A stretch of DNA of 18,868 nt from Leidyana gryllorum EB-2025a (GCA_048772705.1 JBLWGC010000171.1:1-18868); one strand, 5' to 3'; shown: positions 1-7,634, counted from the first letter of the stretch. A program made the numbers and translations. Notes: generated from the sequence alone by a model not told the origin.

Positions 1-61
1 GGAATCGAACCCAGGACTCCTTCCACCCTAAGGAAGGATCATACCACTAGACCAAACAGCC
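1..61 (-). tRNA. tRNA-Pro: tRNA-Pro(AGG), 3' end beyond window
   Basis: GGCTGTTTGGTCTAGTGGTATGATC CTTCC-TTAGGGT-GGAAG ...GGTTCGATTCC; matches copy at 14295. Confidence 0.9.
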
Positions 62-150
62 GCCTAGCCGGTGGTTCAACCCGCTGGGTACAGTCGAGAG
101 ACTCGTCTCACTATGTGAAGTATCACTCAATGCCATGAGGTAGGCACAGC

Positions 151-222
151 GGGAGGCTAGCCCAGATGATGAAACGGTGCTTAGTATACGAAAGGTTCTG
201 GGATCGATTCTCAGCCCATCCG
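151..222 (+). pseudogene. Degraded tRNA-Ala
   Basis: Aligns loosely to Ala(AGC) at 1542 (CTGGGATCGAT T-arm retained). Confidence 0.6.
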
Positions 223-290
223 AACTACATAGATGGAACCCTCGCCGGAGTAGTCTACTTGGCCTATCATTGGCCAATCACCACTCTACT

Positions 291-370
291 TCCGGTGGGA
301 CGGAATCGAACCGCCGACTATCTGATGCCAGCACTACAGTCAGATGCTCTACCAACTGAGCTACCCCCGG
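291..370 (-). tRNA. tRNA-Tyr: tRNA-Tyr(GTA) with 7-nt intron (327-333)
   Basis: C1-G72, A73; TCTGA-CTGTAG[tgctggc]A-TCAGA; GGTTCGATTCC. Confidence 0.93.
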
Positions 371-411
371 CCGTCCAACAGCTCCGGGGTTCGAACGGCT
401 CAACCCCAGAT

Positions 412-470
412 CCTCGCCCTTTCGGACTGCGGTCTGAGCACAGCGCCTTAGACAACTCGGCCATCTTGCC
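412..470 (-). pseudogene. tRNA-Leu(CAG) 5' part, T-arm and 3' acceptor strand lost
   Basis: GGCAAGATGGCCGAG...CTGTG-CTCAGAC-CGCAG TCCGAAAGGG then diverges. Confidence 0.8.
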
Positions 471-564
471 ACAATGTTGTTGGTTCGCCGCTCCACGCGT
501 TTTCTGTGCTTGGAATCTCAAAATGGAAGGACTTTTGGGGTTGGAGGCCGGCGTGTGCAGAGCG

Positions 565-635
565 TCCGAGATACTATAGTGCTTAGTTCTTTCGCCAAGC
601 ACGCGGAAGACCAGGGTCGATTCCCCGTCTCGGAG
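565..635 (+). pseudogene. Degraded tRNA-Asp
   Basis: TCCGAGA...TCTCGGAG ends kept; D-loop and anticodon mutated versus 7375. Confidence 0.85.
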
Positions 636-690
636 CACACTTGGTTGCGCTTAGGATTGTTTCCTTTGGATCTCGCTGAAAGTTGCGAGC

Positions 691-763
691 TACAGCCACC
701 GAGGATCAAACTCGGGAACTTCTGCGTGTAAAGCAGACGTCGTAACCACTAGACCATAGCTGT
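691..763 (-). tRNA. tRNA-Val: tRNA-Val(TAC), T-loop C56>T
   Basis: TCTGC-TTTACAC-GCAGA; acceptor ACAGCTA/TGGCTGT; T-loop TTTGATC. Confidence 0.75.
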
Positions 764-838
764 GCGGACTGGGCGAAGGGGCATGTGTTTTTGAAATCAA
801 GTATCCTCAGAATGTGTAAGCTCAGAAAACTTGGGCGG

Positions 839-917
839 CCCGAAGTACGTCAGCTGGTACAACATCTGAATAGTGCTGGCATCAGATCATTGGCGGTCCG
901 CTTCCCTTCCACCCGGA
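839..917 (+). pseudogene. Degraded tRNA-Tyr retaining intron
   Basis: CATCTGA..TAGTGCTGGCATCAGAT core matches Tyr copies. Confidence 0.8.
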
Positions 918-1015
918 GTGGGAGTGTGTTCCGATCACCACGCACTTCATCAGATGCTCCTGTTGGATGCCATCCCAAGTGACCTTGACTACCTTTATAG
1001 CCTCACCTGGAGATT

Positions 1016-1087
1016 GTCCGAGTCGTCTGGTGGTTAGGACAGCACGTTGTGGCCGTGCAAACCCAGGCTCGATTCCTGGCTTGGATA
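1016..1087 (+). tRNA. tRNA-His: tRNA-His(GTG), non-canonical G14/C54
   Basis: GCACG-TTGTGGC-CGTGC; T-arm CCAGG-CTCGATT-CCTGG. Confidence 0.8.
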
Positions 1088-1207
1088 GTATGTCCCCGAT
1101 GTCTCGAATGGGAAATGTGGGCGAAGTCTGTTTACACCCACCATCGGGCGTAGCTGCCCATGTCCTGTCTTGATCGCTACACACTCCCATTTGACGGCTC
1201 CGCTAGT

Positions 1208-1280
1208 GGCGCTATGGCCTAATGGATATGGCACCGGTCTACGGAACCGGGGTTTCTGGGTTCGAGTCCCAGTAGCGTCT
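1208..1280 (+). tRNA. tRNA-Arg: tRNA-Arg(ACG)
   Basis: CCGGT-CTACGGA-ACCGG; GGTTCGAGTCC; GGCGCTA/TAGCGTC. Confidence 0.93.
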
Positions 1281-1380
1281 GGACGAATGGCCGGGTTGCA
1301 GCCTTTGAGTCAACAACTCAGATCCTGTCTTAGCTGTCCCGGATGGGTCGAGTGCCGTGTTGCGTCAACAACTATCAGAC

Positions 1381-1452
1381 GAGCTGTTCTGGGAATCGAA
1401 CCCAGGACTCCTTCCACCCTAAGGAAGGATCATACCACTAGACTAAACAGCC
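1381..1452 (-). tRNA. tRNA-Pro: tRNA-Pro(AGG)
   Basis: CTTCC-TTAGGGT-GGAAG; full cloverleaf, two substitutions versus 14295. Confidence 0.88.
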
Positions 1453-1541
1453 GCCTAGCCGGTGGTTCAACCCGCTGGGTACAGTCGAGAGAGTGGTCAT
1501 ACGATGTTGAGAACAAAAAAATGCGATGGGGTCTGCACAAT

Positions 1542-1614
1542 GGGCGACTAGCTCAAATGGTAGAGCGCTCGCTTAGCATGCGAGAGGTACTGGGATCGAT
1601 GCCCAGGTCGTCCA
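1542..1614 (+). tRNA. tRNA-Ala: tRNA-Ala(AGC)
   Basis: G3:U70; CTCGC-TTAGCAT-GCGAG; eukaryotic ATCGATG T-loop. Confidence 0.95.
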
Positions 1615-1716
1615 AAGTACGTACGGCTGTAACTGCCGGTGTTTAAATACATATTTGCGACCTTGGAAGGGTCCAAGAGCATAAGTGCCGTCTAGAGAGT
1701 ACGGTGCCGCAGAACT

Positions 1717-1789
1717 CGGTCCTGGCAGGTTTCGAACCTGCGACTTTGTGGTTAACAGCCACACGCTCTGCCGACTGAGCTACAAGACC
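1717..1789 (-). tRNA. tRNA-Asn: tRNA-Asn(GTT)
   Basis: TGTGG-CTGTTAA-CCACA; GGTTCGAAACC; G73. Confidence 0.95.
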
Positions 1790-1911
1790 CAGTGACAATC
1801 TTTCAGAGGTTAGTAGGGATATCCTTCATCTTCTACCGAAGAATTTTGCAGCCCTCTCAGGTCGTTATCGAGACCTTAGAGACCAGCCAGAAAAGCTTAA
1901 GCTCGTGAGCA

Positions 1912-1983
1912 AGCCTTCTGCCGGAATCGAACCAGCGACCTTTCGCTCACTGAGCGAATGCTCTGCCGCTCAGCTAAGAAGGC
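1912..1983 (-). pseudogene. tRNA-Thr(AGT), degenerate
   Basis: Full length but anticodon loop TC-AGT-GA (U33>C, A37>G) and D-arm changes. Confidence 0.75.
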
Positions 1984-2061
1984 AATGCAAGCCGAAGATT
2001 ACAAATCAGTCACTATTGACGGAGATTACTGTGGAGCACTTTGCTCGAGTAGTTCAATGAC

Positions 2062-2126
2062 TTCCACTGCCGGGACTCGAACCCGGATAGTGTGCCGCAT
2101 TTCCTAGCCGCTCAGCCTACAGTGGA
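2062..2126 (-). pseudogene. tRNA-Glu pseudogene, anticodon loop deleted
   Basis: TCCACTG...CAGTGGAA ends kept, internal deletion versus 14993. Confidence 0.85.
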
Positions 2127-2380
2127 CTATTTGCCGAGTTGAGGCTTCTTGAGCGAGTGAACTTCACACCTTCTGGGTCCGGTCCTTAGTGGCTCAAATT
2201 CAGCAGTCAGTTGTCATGCGCTGTGAAAATCGCTGTGGCTGAGGGTCACAGACTCCTCATCTGCGTCGAAACATGCATTTCATTGGTGGAGCGCGTTTGC
2301 TCCGTGATCGAGAAAAAGCGGGCTGCGGTTACTTGGTTCATGTCTCAGCGCGTGCTGCAGCCTCTGTCAAGCTCTCACAT

Positions 2381-2440
2381 GCACCTGTGGTCGAAGGGTA
2401 AGACGTGACCCCTTCAAGGTGGTGGGTTCTGGCAGCTGGA
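2381..2440 (+). pseudogene. Degraded tRNA-Gly(TCC-type)
   Basis: GCACCTGTGGTCGAAGGGTAAGAC matches 5' half of the 3171 gene. Confidence 0.7.
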
Positions 2441-2460
2441 GACGAAGATTCCAGAGAGTT

Positions 2461-2533
2461 TGGACGACCTGGGTATCGATCCCAGTACCTCTCGCATGCG
2501 AAGCGAGCGCTCTACCATCTGAGCTAGCCGCCC
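2461..2533 (-). tRNA. tRNA-Ala: tRNA-Ala(CGC)
   Basis: G3:U70; CTCGC-TTCGCAT-GCGAG. Confidence 0.94.
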
Positions 2534-2604
2534 ATCCGCTCATCATCCGCTCTACATGGAAGACCTATTGCATCCAGTGGCTGACCGAGGGCCGATACAA
2601 CGGC

Positions 2605-2684
2605 TGACAAGAGTGGGATCCGAACCCACGCCCTTTCGGACGGCGGCCTTAAGACAGCGCCTTGGACCACTCGGCCATCTTGCC
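2605..2684 (-). pseudogene. tRNA-Leu(AAG), degenerate
   Basis: Full length; two anticodon-stem mismatches and A58>G versus 3024. Confidence 0.78.
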
Positions 2685-2803
2685 GGAGTGTTCTTGGCTC
2701 GCCACTTTACACGTTTTCTGTTCGCGAAGTCTCGAGAAGGGAGGCTTTTGGGGTTGAAGATGTCGTTCTGGGTGCGGTGTACCGCCCCGAAATACTATCA
2801 CGG

Positions 2804-2883
2804 CCCGCGGTGCTTACATTACAACCCATCTGATTGTAGTGGTGGCATCAGATATTCGACGGGTAAATGCCGTCCCACCCGGA
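2804..2883 (+). pseudogene. Degraded tRNA-Tyr retaining intron
   Basis: CATCTGATTGTAG-tggtggc-ATCAGATA...CCGTCCCACCCGGA. Confidence 0.75.
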
Positions 2884-3023
2884 GTTGAGGAGTGGACTTC
2901 TTACAACGTAATTCGTCTGAGGCTCCTGTTCCATTCCATACTCCGGTCGTCAACCCCAAAAGTCCTCCCTTCTCGAGACTTCACAGACAGAAAGCGTGTA
3001 AAGTGGCGAGCCAAGGGCGCTCC

Positions 3024-3103
3024 GGCAAGATGGCCCAGTGGTCTAAGGCGCTGTGTTAAGGCCGCAGTCCGAAAGGGCGTGGGTTCGAATCCCACTCTTG
3101 TCA
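3024..3103 (+). tRNA. tRNA-Leu: tRNA-Leu(AAG)
   Basis: CTGTG-TTAAGGC-CGCAG; variable arm TCC-GAAA-GGG; GGTTCGAATCC. Confidence 0.92.
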
Positions 3104-3170
3104 ACCGTTGTATTGTATTGAGTCGTCCCCTCTCTTCACCGATAGACAGGTCGTTCGAGCTACAAACGGC

Positions 3171-3241
3171 TGCACCTGCCGGGACTCGAACCCGGGTTAC
3201 GACCTTGGAAGGGTCGCATCTTACCCTTAGACCACAAGTGC
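3171..3241 (-). tRNA. tRNA-Gly: tRNA-Gly(TCC)
   Basis: CGACC-CTTCCAA-GGTCG; GCACTTG/CAGGTGC. Confidence 0.94.
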
Positions 3242-3317
3242 AATTGCGAAAGATCTGCAGCACCCCGAGAGACTCGGGCAATTTCTGCTTCCAGCTGTCT
3301 GCAACCTACTCAAGAAC

Positions 3318-3385
3318 GGACTGTTCGGGGATCGAATCGAGCACTTCCACAGACGAAGGAAACTGATACCACTAGCACTTCAACT
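3318..3385 (-). pseudogene. Highly degraded tRNA-Pro
   Basis: Remnants CTGTTC.GGGATCGAA...GAAGGAA...ATACCACTAG. Confidence 0.55.
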
Positions 3386-3464
3386 CGACATACGGGGCAG
3401 CGGCTCTCATACAGCTAGCAAGCTTGCCTCGGTCGAAACGGAACGTCGTCCGAGTGAGAGGATA

Positions 3465-3537
3465 TGATGCGGATCGGCCTCGGACCCACAACTCCCGGTT
3501 CCGAAGACCGATGCCCTATCCAGTAGGCCACCGCACC
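3465..3537 (-). pseudogene. tRNA-Arg(TCG) with damaged T-arm
   Basis: TCGGT-CTTCGGA-ACCGG intact; T-arm GTGGG-TCCGAGG-CCGAT. Confidence 0.8.
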
Positions 3538-3645
3538 ATGGAGAGGCTTCGGTCATCTCGATACTCGTGAGGTGAAAGAAGTCTTCGATCTCAGAACCTC
3601 CCCCAAACCGTTGTGAAAAAGTGCCAGCGAGTAAGACATGTCGTC

Positions 3646-3727
3646 GGCAAGGTGGCCGAGTGGTTAAGGCGGCGGCCTGCTAAGCCGTTGGGTTCTACCC
3701 GCGTGAGTTCGAATCTCACCCTTGTCG
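3646..3727 (+). tRNA. tRNA-Ser: tRNA-Ser(GCT)
   Basis: GCGGC-CTGCTAA-GCCGT; long variable arm; G73. Confidence 0.95.
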
Positions 3728-3918
3728 GTAGCATTCGGGGAGAGCGCATCTGCTTCAATGATTGAACTGAGGATTTTGGCCGACTCGAATCCAACTCTTT
3801 ACGCTGGGGGCTGTATACAAAAGCCAGTTACAATACTTCAGAGGTTAGTAGAGAGACCCGTGTTTCATGTGTCCAGTTGAGGAAGCGCTAGTCCGACTCT
3901 TCTGGGATGGGCTGAACC

Positions 3919-3988
3919 GGTTGCGTCCTTGGTGGTTAGCACTCGACACTTTGGATTTTCCGACCTGGGTCCGATCCCGGCGCGACCC
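3919..3988 (+). pseudogene. Degraded tRNA-Gln
   Basis: GGTTGCG...CGCGACC ends; D and anticodon arms mutated. Confidence 0.8.
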
Positions 3989-4015
3989 TTGAACTGGGCT
4001 GCGGGGACTATCCAT

Positions 4016-4088
4016 GCAGCCATGGTCTAGTGGTTACGACGTCTGCTTAACACGCAGAAGGTCCCGAGTTCGATCCTCGGTGGCTGTA
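4016..4088 (+). tRNA. tRNA-Val: tRNA-Val(AAC)
   Basis: TCTGC-TTAACAC-GCAGA; identical to 7498 and 9969 copies. Confidence 0.95.
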
Positions 4089-4143
4089 GCTCGCAACTTT
4101 CAGCGGGCACCAAAAAAGACAATCTTAAGCGAGATCAACTGTG

Positions 4144-4215
4144 CTCCGAGACCGGAAATCGAACCCGGGTCTTCCGCGTGACAGGCGGAAATACTAACCA
4201 CTATACTATCTCGGA
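4144..4215 (-). tRNA. tRNA-Asp: tRNA-Asp(GTC)
   Basis: TCCGC-CTGTCAC-GCGGA; one T-stem C>T (G:U). Confidence 0.92.
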
Positions 4216-4309
4216 CGCTCCGAACACACCGGCCTGAAACCCCAAAAGTCCTTCCATCTTGAGATTCCACGGATAGAAAACGCGTGGAGCGGCGAGCCAA
4301 CAACATCCC

Positions 4310-4389
4310 GGCAAGATGACCGAGGGGTCTGAGGCGCTGTGCTCAGACCGGAGTCCGAAAGGTCGTGGGTTCGAATCCCACTTTTGTCA
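4310..4389 (+). tRNA. tRNA-Leu: tRNA-Leu(CAG), several stem mismatches (possible pseudogene)
   Basis: CTGTG-CTCAGAC-CGGAG; G10>A; T-arm intact. Confidence 0.7.
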
Positions 4390-4425
4390 GGCTGCGCCCC
4401 AACCGGGAAAAACATAGAGTCCGGT

Positions 4426-4497
4426 TGAGCCCAGAGTGATTCGAACACCCAACCTTCTGATCTGGAGTCAGACGCGCTACCGTTGCGCCATAGGCCC
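4426..4497 (-). tRNA. tRNA-Trp: tRNA-Trp(CCA)
   Basis: TCTGA-CTCCAGA-TCAGA; GTTCGAATC. Confidence 0.95.
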
Positions 4498-4525
4498 AAA
4501 ACCATCCCCCGTTTCAGACTCATTT

Positions 4526-4589
4526 ACCGGCAATCGGCCGGCTTCTTAGGCGTGACATTCGAAAATAGTAACCACTATGCTATCTCGGA
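4526..4589 (-). pseudogene. Degraded tRNA-Asp
   Basis: TCCGAGATAGCATAGTGGTTA..TGTCACGC remnants. Confidence 0.7.
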
Positions 4590-4669
4590 GCCTCTGAACA
4601 CGCCACGGACATTCCATTCGTTCAGAAAACGGCCGTTACCGTGTACGAGCTTCAACAACAAGGTGTGAC

Positions 4670-4740
4670 GCATCTGTGGTCTAGTGGTAGAATGTCTCGT
4701 TGCCATCGAGGCGACCCGGGTTCGATTCCCGGCAGATGAT
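4670..4740 (+). tRNA. tRNA-Gly: tRNA-Gly(GCC), last 2 nt replaced at a junction
   Basis: TCTCG-TTGCCAT-CGAGG; ends CAGATG-at instead of CAGATGCA. Confidence 0.8.
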
Positions 4741-4745
4741 ACGAG

Positions 4746-4819
4746 AGGAGTGTAGCGCAGTCAGTAGCGCCTAGGTCTCATAATCCTGAAGTACGAGAGT
4801 TCAATCCTCCCCACTCCGC
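4746..4819 (+). pseudogene. Degenerate elongator tRNA-Met(CAT)
   Basis: TAGGT-CTCATAA-TCCTG; D-loop and stem mismatches versus 10755. Confidence 0.8.
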
Positions 4820-4969
4820 ACGGTACGGCTATCGGAAGCGCCGACTAACTCGTATGGGGCGCCACCTGAGAAGAGTGGACTCCAGCTGTCCGCTAGTGTC
4901 TGAGATGTTTGAGTCCGGCTGAGGGGGAAGTCCAGCATCCGGCTCGGTGCCATCTGTCGTGGCAGAAGT

Positions 4970-5044
4970 GGTCGCGTAGCTCGGTCGGTTAGAGCGTGAG
5001 CCGAATGAGCTTAACGTCCCCGGTTCAGAGCCCGGGCGTGACCA
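4970..5044 (+). pseudogene. Degenerate tRNA-Ile(AAT)
   Basis: Matches 18342 gene; A14>G, U33>G, T-loop insertion. Confidence 0.82.
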
Positions 5045-5150
5045 AGTGAGTGGATCTTCATAATGAAAGAGTCGCCCTGCACTCGAGCAACCCCCAACAG
5101 TTACTGGCGACCAATACGAAAGGTACGTGTTATAAAGTCCTCACTTCCCT

Positions 5151-5222
5151 GCCGCGCGCAGCTCCGTCGGTAGAGCGCAAAACTTTCAATGGATGAGACC
5201 GCGGGTTCGGGCAGCGCCAGCA
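5151..5222 (+). pseudogene. Degraded tRNA-Lys
   Basis: GCCGC..AGCTC.GTCGGTAGAGCGCAA...CGCGGGTTCG similar to 5938 gene. Confidence 0.7.
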
Positions 5223-5355
5223 GTCCGAGTCAAGCTTGTGCGCTAACGATTCAGAAAACGGCCGTTACCGTGTACGAGCTTCAACAAGAACCACTAAATG
5301 CTATGGGGTCTGCACAGCGGGCGACTAGCTGGAATGATATAGCACAAGGTGTGAC

Positions 5356-5426
5356 GCATCTGTGGTCTAGTGGTAGAATGTCTCGTTGCCATCGAGGCGA
5401 CCCGGGTTCGATTCCCGGCAGATGCA
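5356..5426 (+). tRNA. tRNA-Gly: tRNA-Gly(GCC)
   Basis: GCATCTG/CAGATGC; TTGCCAT loop; GGTTCGATTCC. Confidence 0.95.
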
Positions 5427-5491
5427 GAGGACACATGGTTGCTTTTCCACCATTCAGAAATAAGGGTGTTTAACCCTCCAACCACATCGCA

Positions 5492-5573
5492 CGACAACTG
5501 CTGGATTTGAACCAGCGCGGCCCCGGCCCAGTAGATTTCTAGTCTACCCCCTTAACCACTCGGGCAAGTTGCC
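5492..5573 (-). tRNA. tRNA-Ser: tRNA-Ser(AGA)
   Basis: GTAGA-CTAGAAA-TCTAC; long variable arm with one mismatch. Confidence 0.85.
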
Positions 5574-5634
5574 GTTGTCGAACTTGGCATTTTGCGGCCA
5601 GTGGCTTCACATACGGTTCAGCAAGCTTTACTAG

Positions 5635-5706
5635 GACTGCTCGCGCCGCCCGAACTCGCGGTTCTCCCTTCAAAAGTCTTGTGCTCTACGACGGAGTTGG
5701 GGCGGC
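5635..5706 (-). pseudogene. Degraded tRNA-Lys
   Basis: GCCGCCCC...GTAGAGCACAAGACTTTTG; homologous to 5938 gene. Confidence 0.68.
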
Positions 5707-5804
5707 AAGAAAGCTCGGACTTGGTAACAAATTCCAGTCGTATTGATGGTGGAATCTTTCCGAGACGGTTCGGCTCTCGGCCGAAGCCTAAACTCGAGCA
5801 CTTG

Positions 5805-5877
5805 TCCACTGTAGTCTAAGTGGCTAGGATATGCGGCTTTCACCCGCACGATCCGGGTTCCAGTCCCGGCAGTGGAA
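5805..5877 (+). tRNA. tRNA-Glu: tRNA-Glu(TTC), T-loop 57>C
   Basis: TGCGG-CTTTCAC-CCGCA; TCCACTG/CAGTGGA. Confidence 0.88.
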
Positions 5878-5937
5878 CTCCAGCTGAGTGTGCTTGTAGG
5901 CAACAGTTCCATTCTTACTCCCAGGGAAATAGATGCA

Positions 5938-6010
5938 CACCGCCCGCGGGGCTCCAACCCGCGACTGCAAGATTAAGAGTCTTGCGCTCTACCGACTGAG
6001 CTAGGGCGGC
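5938..6010 (-). tRNA. tRNA-Lys: tRNA-Lys(CTT), C56>G
   Basis: CAAGA-CTCTTAA-TCTTG; T-loop TTGGAGC. Confidence 0.85.
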
Positions 6011-6086
6011 AGGAATGCAAGGACACAAAACCCGATAGCCCGACATCTTAAGTGGCTTTGGTACCCACCAGCCTCACTTGAAGATT

Positions 6087-6159
6087 GTCCGGGTCGTCTA
6101 GGTGCTTACAACAGCAAGTTGTGGCCGTGCATACCCAGGCCCAAATCCTGGCTTGGATA
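6087..6159 (+). pseudogene. Degraded tRNA-His
   Basis: About 10 changes versus 1016 copy; GTG retained. Confidence 0.85.
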
Positions 6160-6278
6160 GTATGTCCCCGATGTCTCGAATGGGAGATGTGGGTGAAGTC
6201 TGTCCAGACCCACCATCGGGCGTAGCTGCCCATGTCGTCTTGATCGCTACACACTTCCATTTGACGGCTCCGCTAGTC

Positions 6279-6351
6279 GGCGCTATGGCCTAATGGATAT
6301 GGCATCGGTCTACGGAACCGGGGATTCTGGGTTCCAGTCCCAGTAGCGTCT
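6279..6351 (+). tRNA. tRNA-Arg: tRNA-Arg(ACG), T-loop 57>C
   Basis: TCGGT-CTACGGA-ACCGG. Confidence 0.87.
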
Positions 6352-6452
6352 GGGCGAATGCCCGGGTTGCAGCCTGTTGAGTCAACAACTCAGATCCTGT
6401 CTTAGCTGTTTGGGATGGGTCGAGTGCCGTGTTGCGTCAACAACTATCAGAC

Positions 6453-6524
6453 GGGCTGTTCTGGGAATCGAACCCAGGACTTCTTCCACCCGAAGGAAGA
6501 ATCATACCACTAGACCAAACAGCC
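6453..6524 (-). tRNA. tRNA-Pro: tRNA-Pro(CGG)
   Basis: CTTCC-TTCGGGT-GGAAG; intact cloverleaf. Confidence 0.95.
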
Positions 6525-6616
6525 CCCTTTGGGTGCCTCAGGTACTGGCAGGTTCCAAACCTGCGGCTTCGTGGCTAAGGGACTTACCGCTTGCAGGTGC
6601 CTAATCGATGCAGTCG

Positions 6617-6688
6617 AGCCTTCTGCCGGAATCGGACCGGCGACCTTTCGCTTACTAAGCGAATGCTCTGCCCCTAAGCTAAGAAGGC
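6617..6688 (-). tRNA. tRNA-Thr: tRNA-Thr(AGT), U55>C
   Basis: TTCGC-TTAGTAA-GCGAA; GCCTTCT/AGAAGGC. Confidence 0.85.
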
Positions 6689-6776
6689 AATCCAGGCCGA
6701 AGATCAAGAATCAGTCACTATTGACGGGGATTACTGAGGCACTTTGCTCAAGTATTCCACTGACTTCACCACTGAC

Positions 6777-6847
6777 TTCCACTGCCGGACTTGAGCCCGG
6801 AGCTTGCGGGTGAGGCCGCATATCCTAGCCACTCAGACTACAGTGGA
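6777..6847 (-). pseudogene. tRNA-Glu pseudogene (CTC-like, 6-nt loop)
   Basis: TGCGG-CCTCAC-CCGCA; T-arm deletion. Confidence 0.82.
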
Positions 6848-6911
6848 CAACATTCCTCAGCGAAGGCAGCTAGTCAGCCAAATCATCGAAGTAAAGTGCT
6901 GAGCATTTGCC

Positions 6912-6984
6912 TACCTACGGCGAGACTCGAACTCGCAACCTTTGGATTAGAAGTCCAACGCGCTATCCATTGCGCCACGTAGGC
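6912..6984 (-). tRNA. tRNA-Arg: tRNA-Arg(TCT)
   Basis: TTGGA-CTTCTAA-TCCAA; GCCTACG/CGTAGGT; no intron. Confidence 0.95.
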
Positions 6985-7073
6985 CGCGGCTTTTCGACTA
7001 GATTGAAATATCAACATTCACATTTTTGGACCACGCGCCAGTCGTTTCTCTGCAGCCAAAGTTGCATGGAGTT

Positions 7074-7146
7074 TGGACGACCTGGGTATCGATCCCAGTA
7101 CCTCTCGCATGCAAAGCGAGCGCTCCACCATCTGAGCTAGCCCCCC
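7074..7146 (-). tRNA. tRNA-Ala: tRNA-Ala(TGC), one acceptor mismatch
   Basis: CTCGC-TTTGCAT-GCGAG; G4:G69 mismatch, A21>G. Confidence 0.8.
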
Positions 7147-7204
7147 ATCCGCTCTACATGGAAGATCTATTGCATCCAGTGGCTGACCGAGCCGATACAA
7201 CGGC

Positions 7205-7283
7205 TGACAAGCGTGGCTTCGAACCCACGCCCTTTCGGACTGCGGCCTAAACACAGCGCCTTAGACTACTCGGCCATCTTGCC
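7205..7283 (-). pseudogene. tRNA-Leu(TAG), degenerate
   Basis: CTGTG-TTTAGGC-CGCAG; G18>A, 1-nt deletion in T-arm. Confidence 0.78.
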
Positions 7284-7374
7284 GGAGTGCTCTTGGTTCG
7301 TCCCTCCACGCTTTTTTTGTTCGTGAGCCGAAATAAAAAGACTTCTGGGATTGGAGGCCGGCGTGTTCCGAGCG

Positions 7375-7446
7375 TCCGAGATAGTATAGTGGTTAGTATT
7401 TCCGCCTGTCACGCGGAAGACCCGGGTTCGATTCCCGGTCTCGGAG
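7375..7446 (+). tRNA. tRNA-Asp: tRNA-Asp(GTC)
   Basis: Intact cloverleaf, G73. Confidence 0.96.
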
Positions 7447-7497
7447 CATAGGTGATCTCGCTTAAGATTGTCTTGGTGCCCGCTGAAAGTTGCGAGC

Positions 7498-7570
7498 TAC
7501 AGCCACCGAGGATCGAACTCGGGACCTTCTGCGTGTTAAGCAGACGTCGTAACCACTAGACCATGGCTGC
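7498..7570 (-). tRNA. tRNA-Val: tRNA-Val(AAC)
   Basis: Intact, identical to 4016. Confidence 0.95.
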
Positions 7571-7634
7571 ATGGATGGTCCCCGCAGCCCAAGAGAAGTG
7601 GCGAAGCTTGAGGGAGTAGTGAGGACCAGTTCAA

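Larger units (their letters stand above)
1000..1452. repeat. His-Arg-Pro module, direct copy at ~6071-6524
   Basis: Spacers near-identical. Confidence 0.92.
2455..2762. repeat. Ala-Leu module, direct copies at ~7068-7350 and ~9590-9885, partial inverted copy at ~2945-3115
   Basis: Shared spacer ATCCGCTCTACATGGAA...GCATCCAGTGGCTGACCGAG...GATACAACGGC. Confidence 0.9.
3601..4389. repeat. Ser-Gln*-Val-Asp-Leu module, inverted copy at ~7205-7988
   Basis: Genes and spacers match as reverse complement; partial further copies at ~412-765, 8340-9017, 9729-10177. Confidence 0.9.
4144..4738. repeat. Asp-Leu-Trp-Asp*-Gly module, direct copy at ~15517-16106
   Basis: Colinear genes and spacers. Confidence 0.92.
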
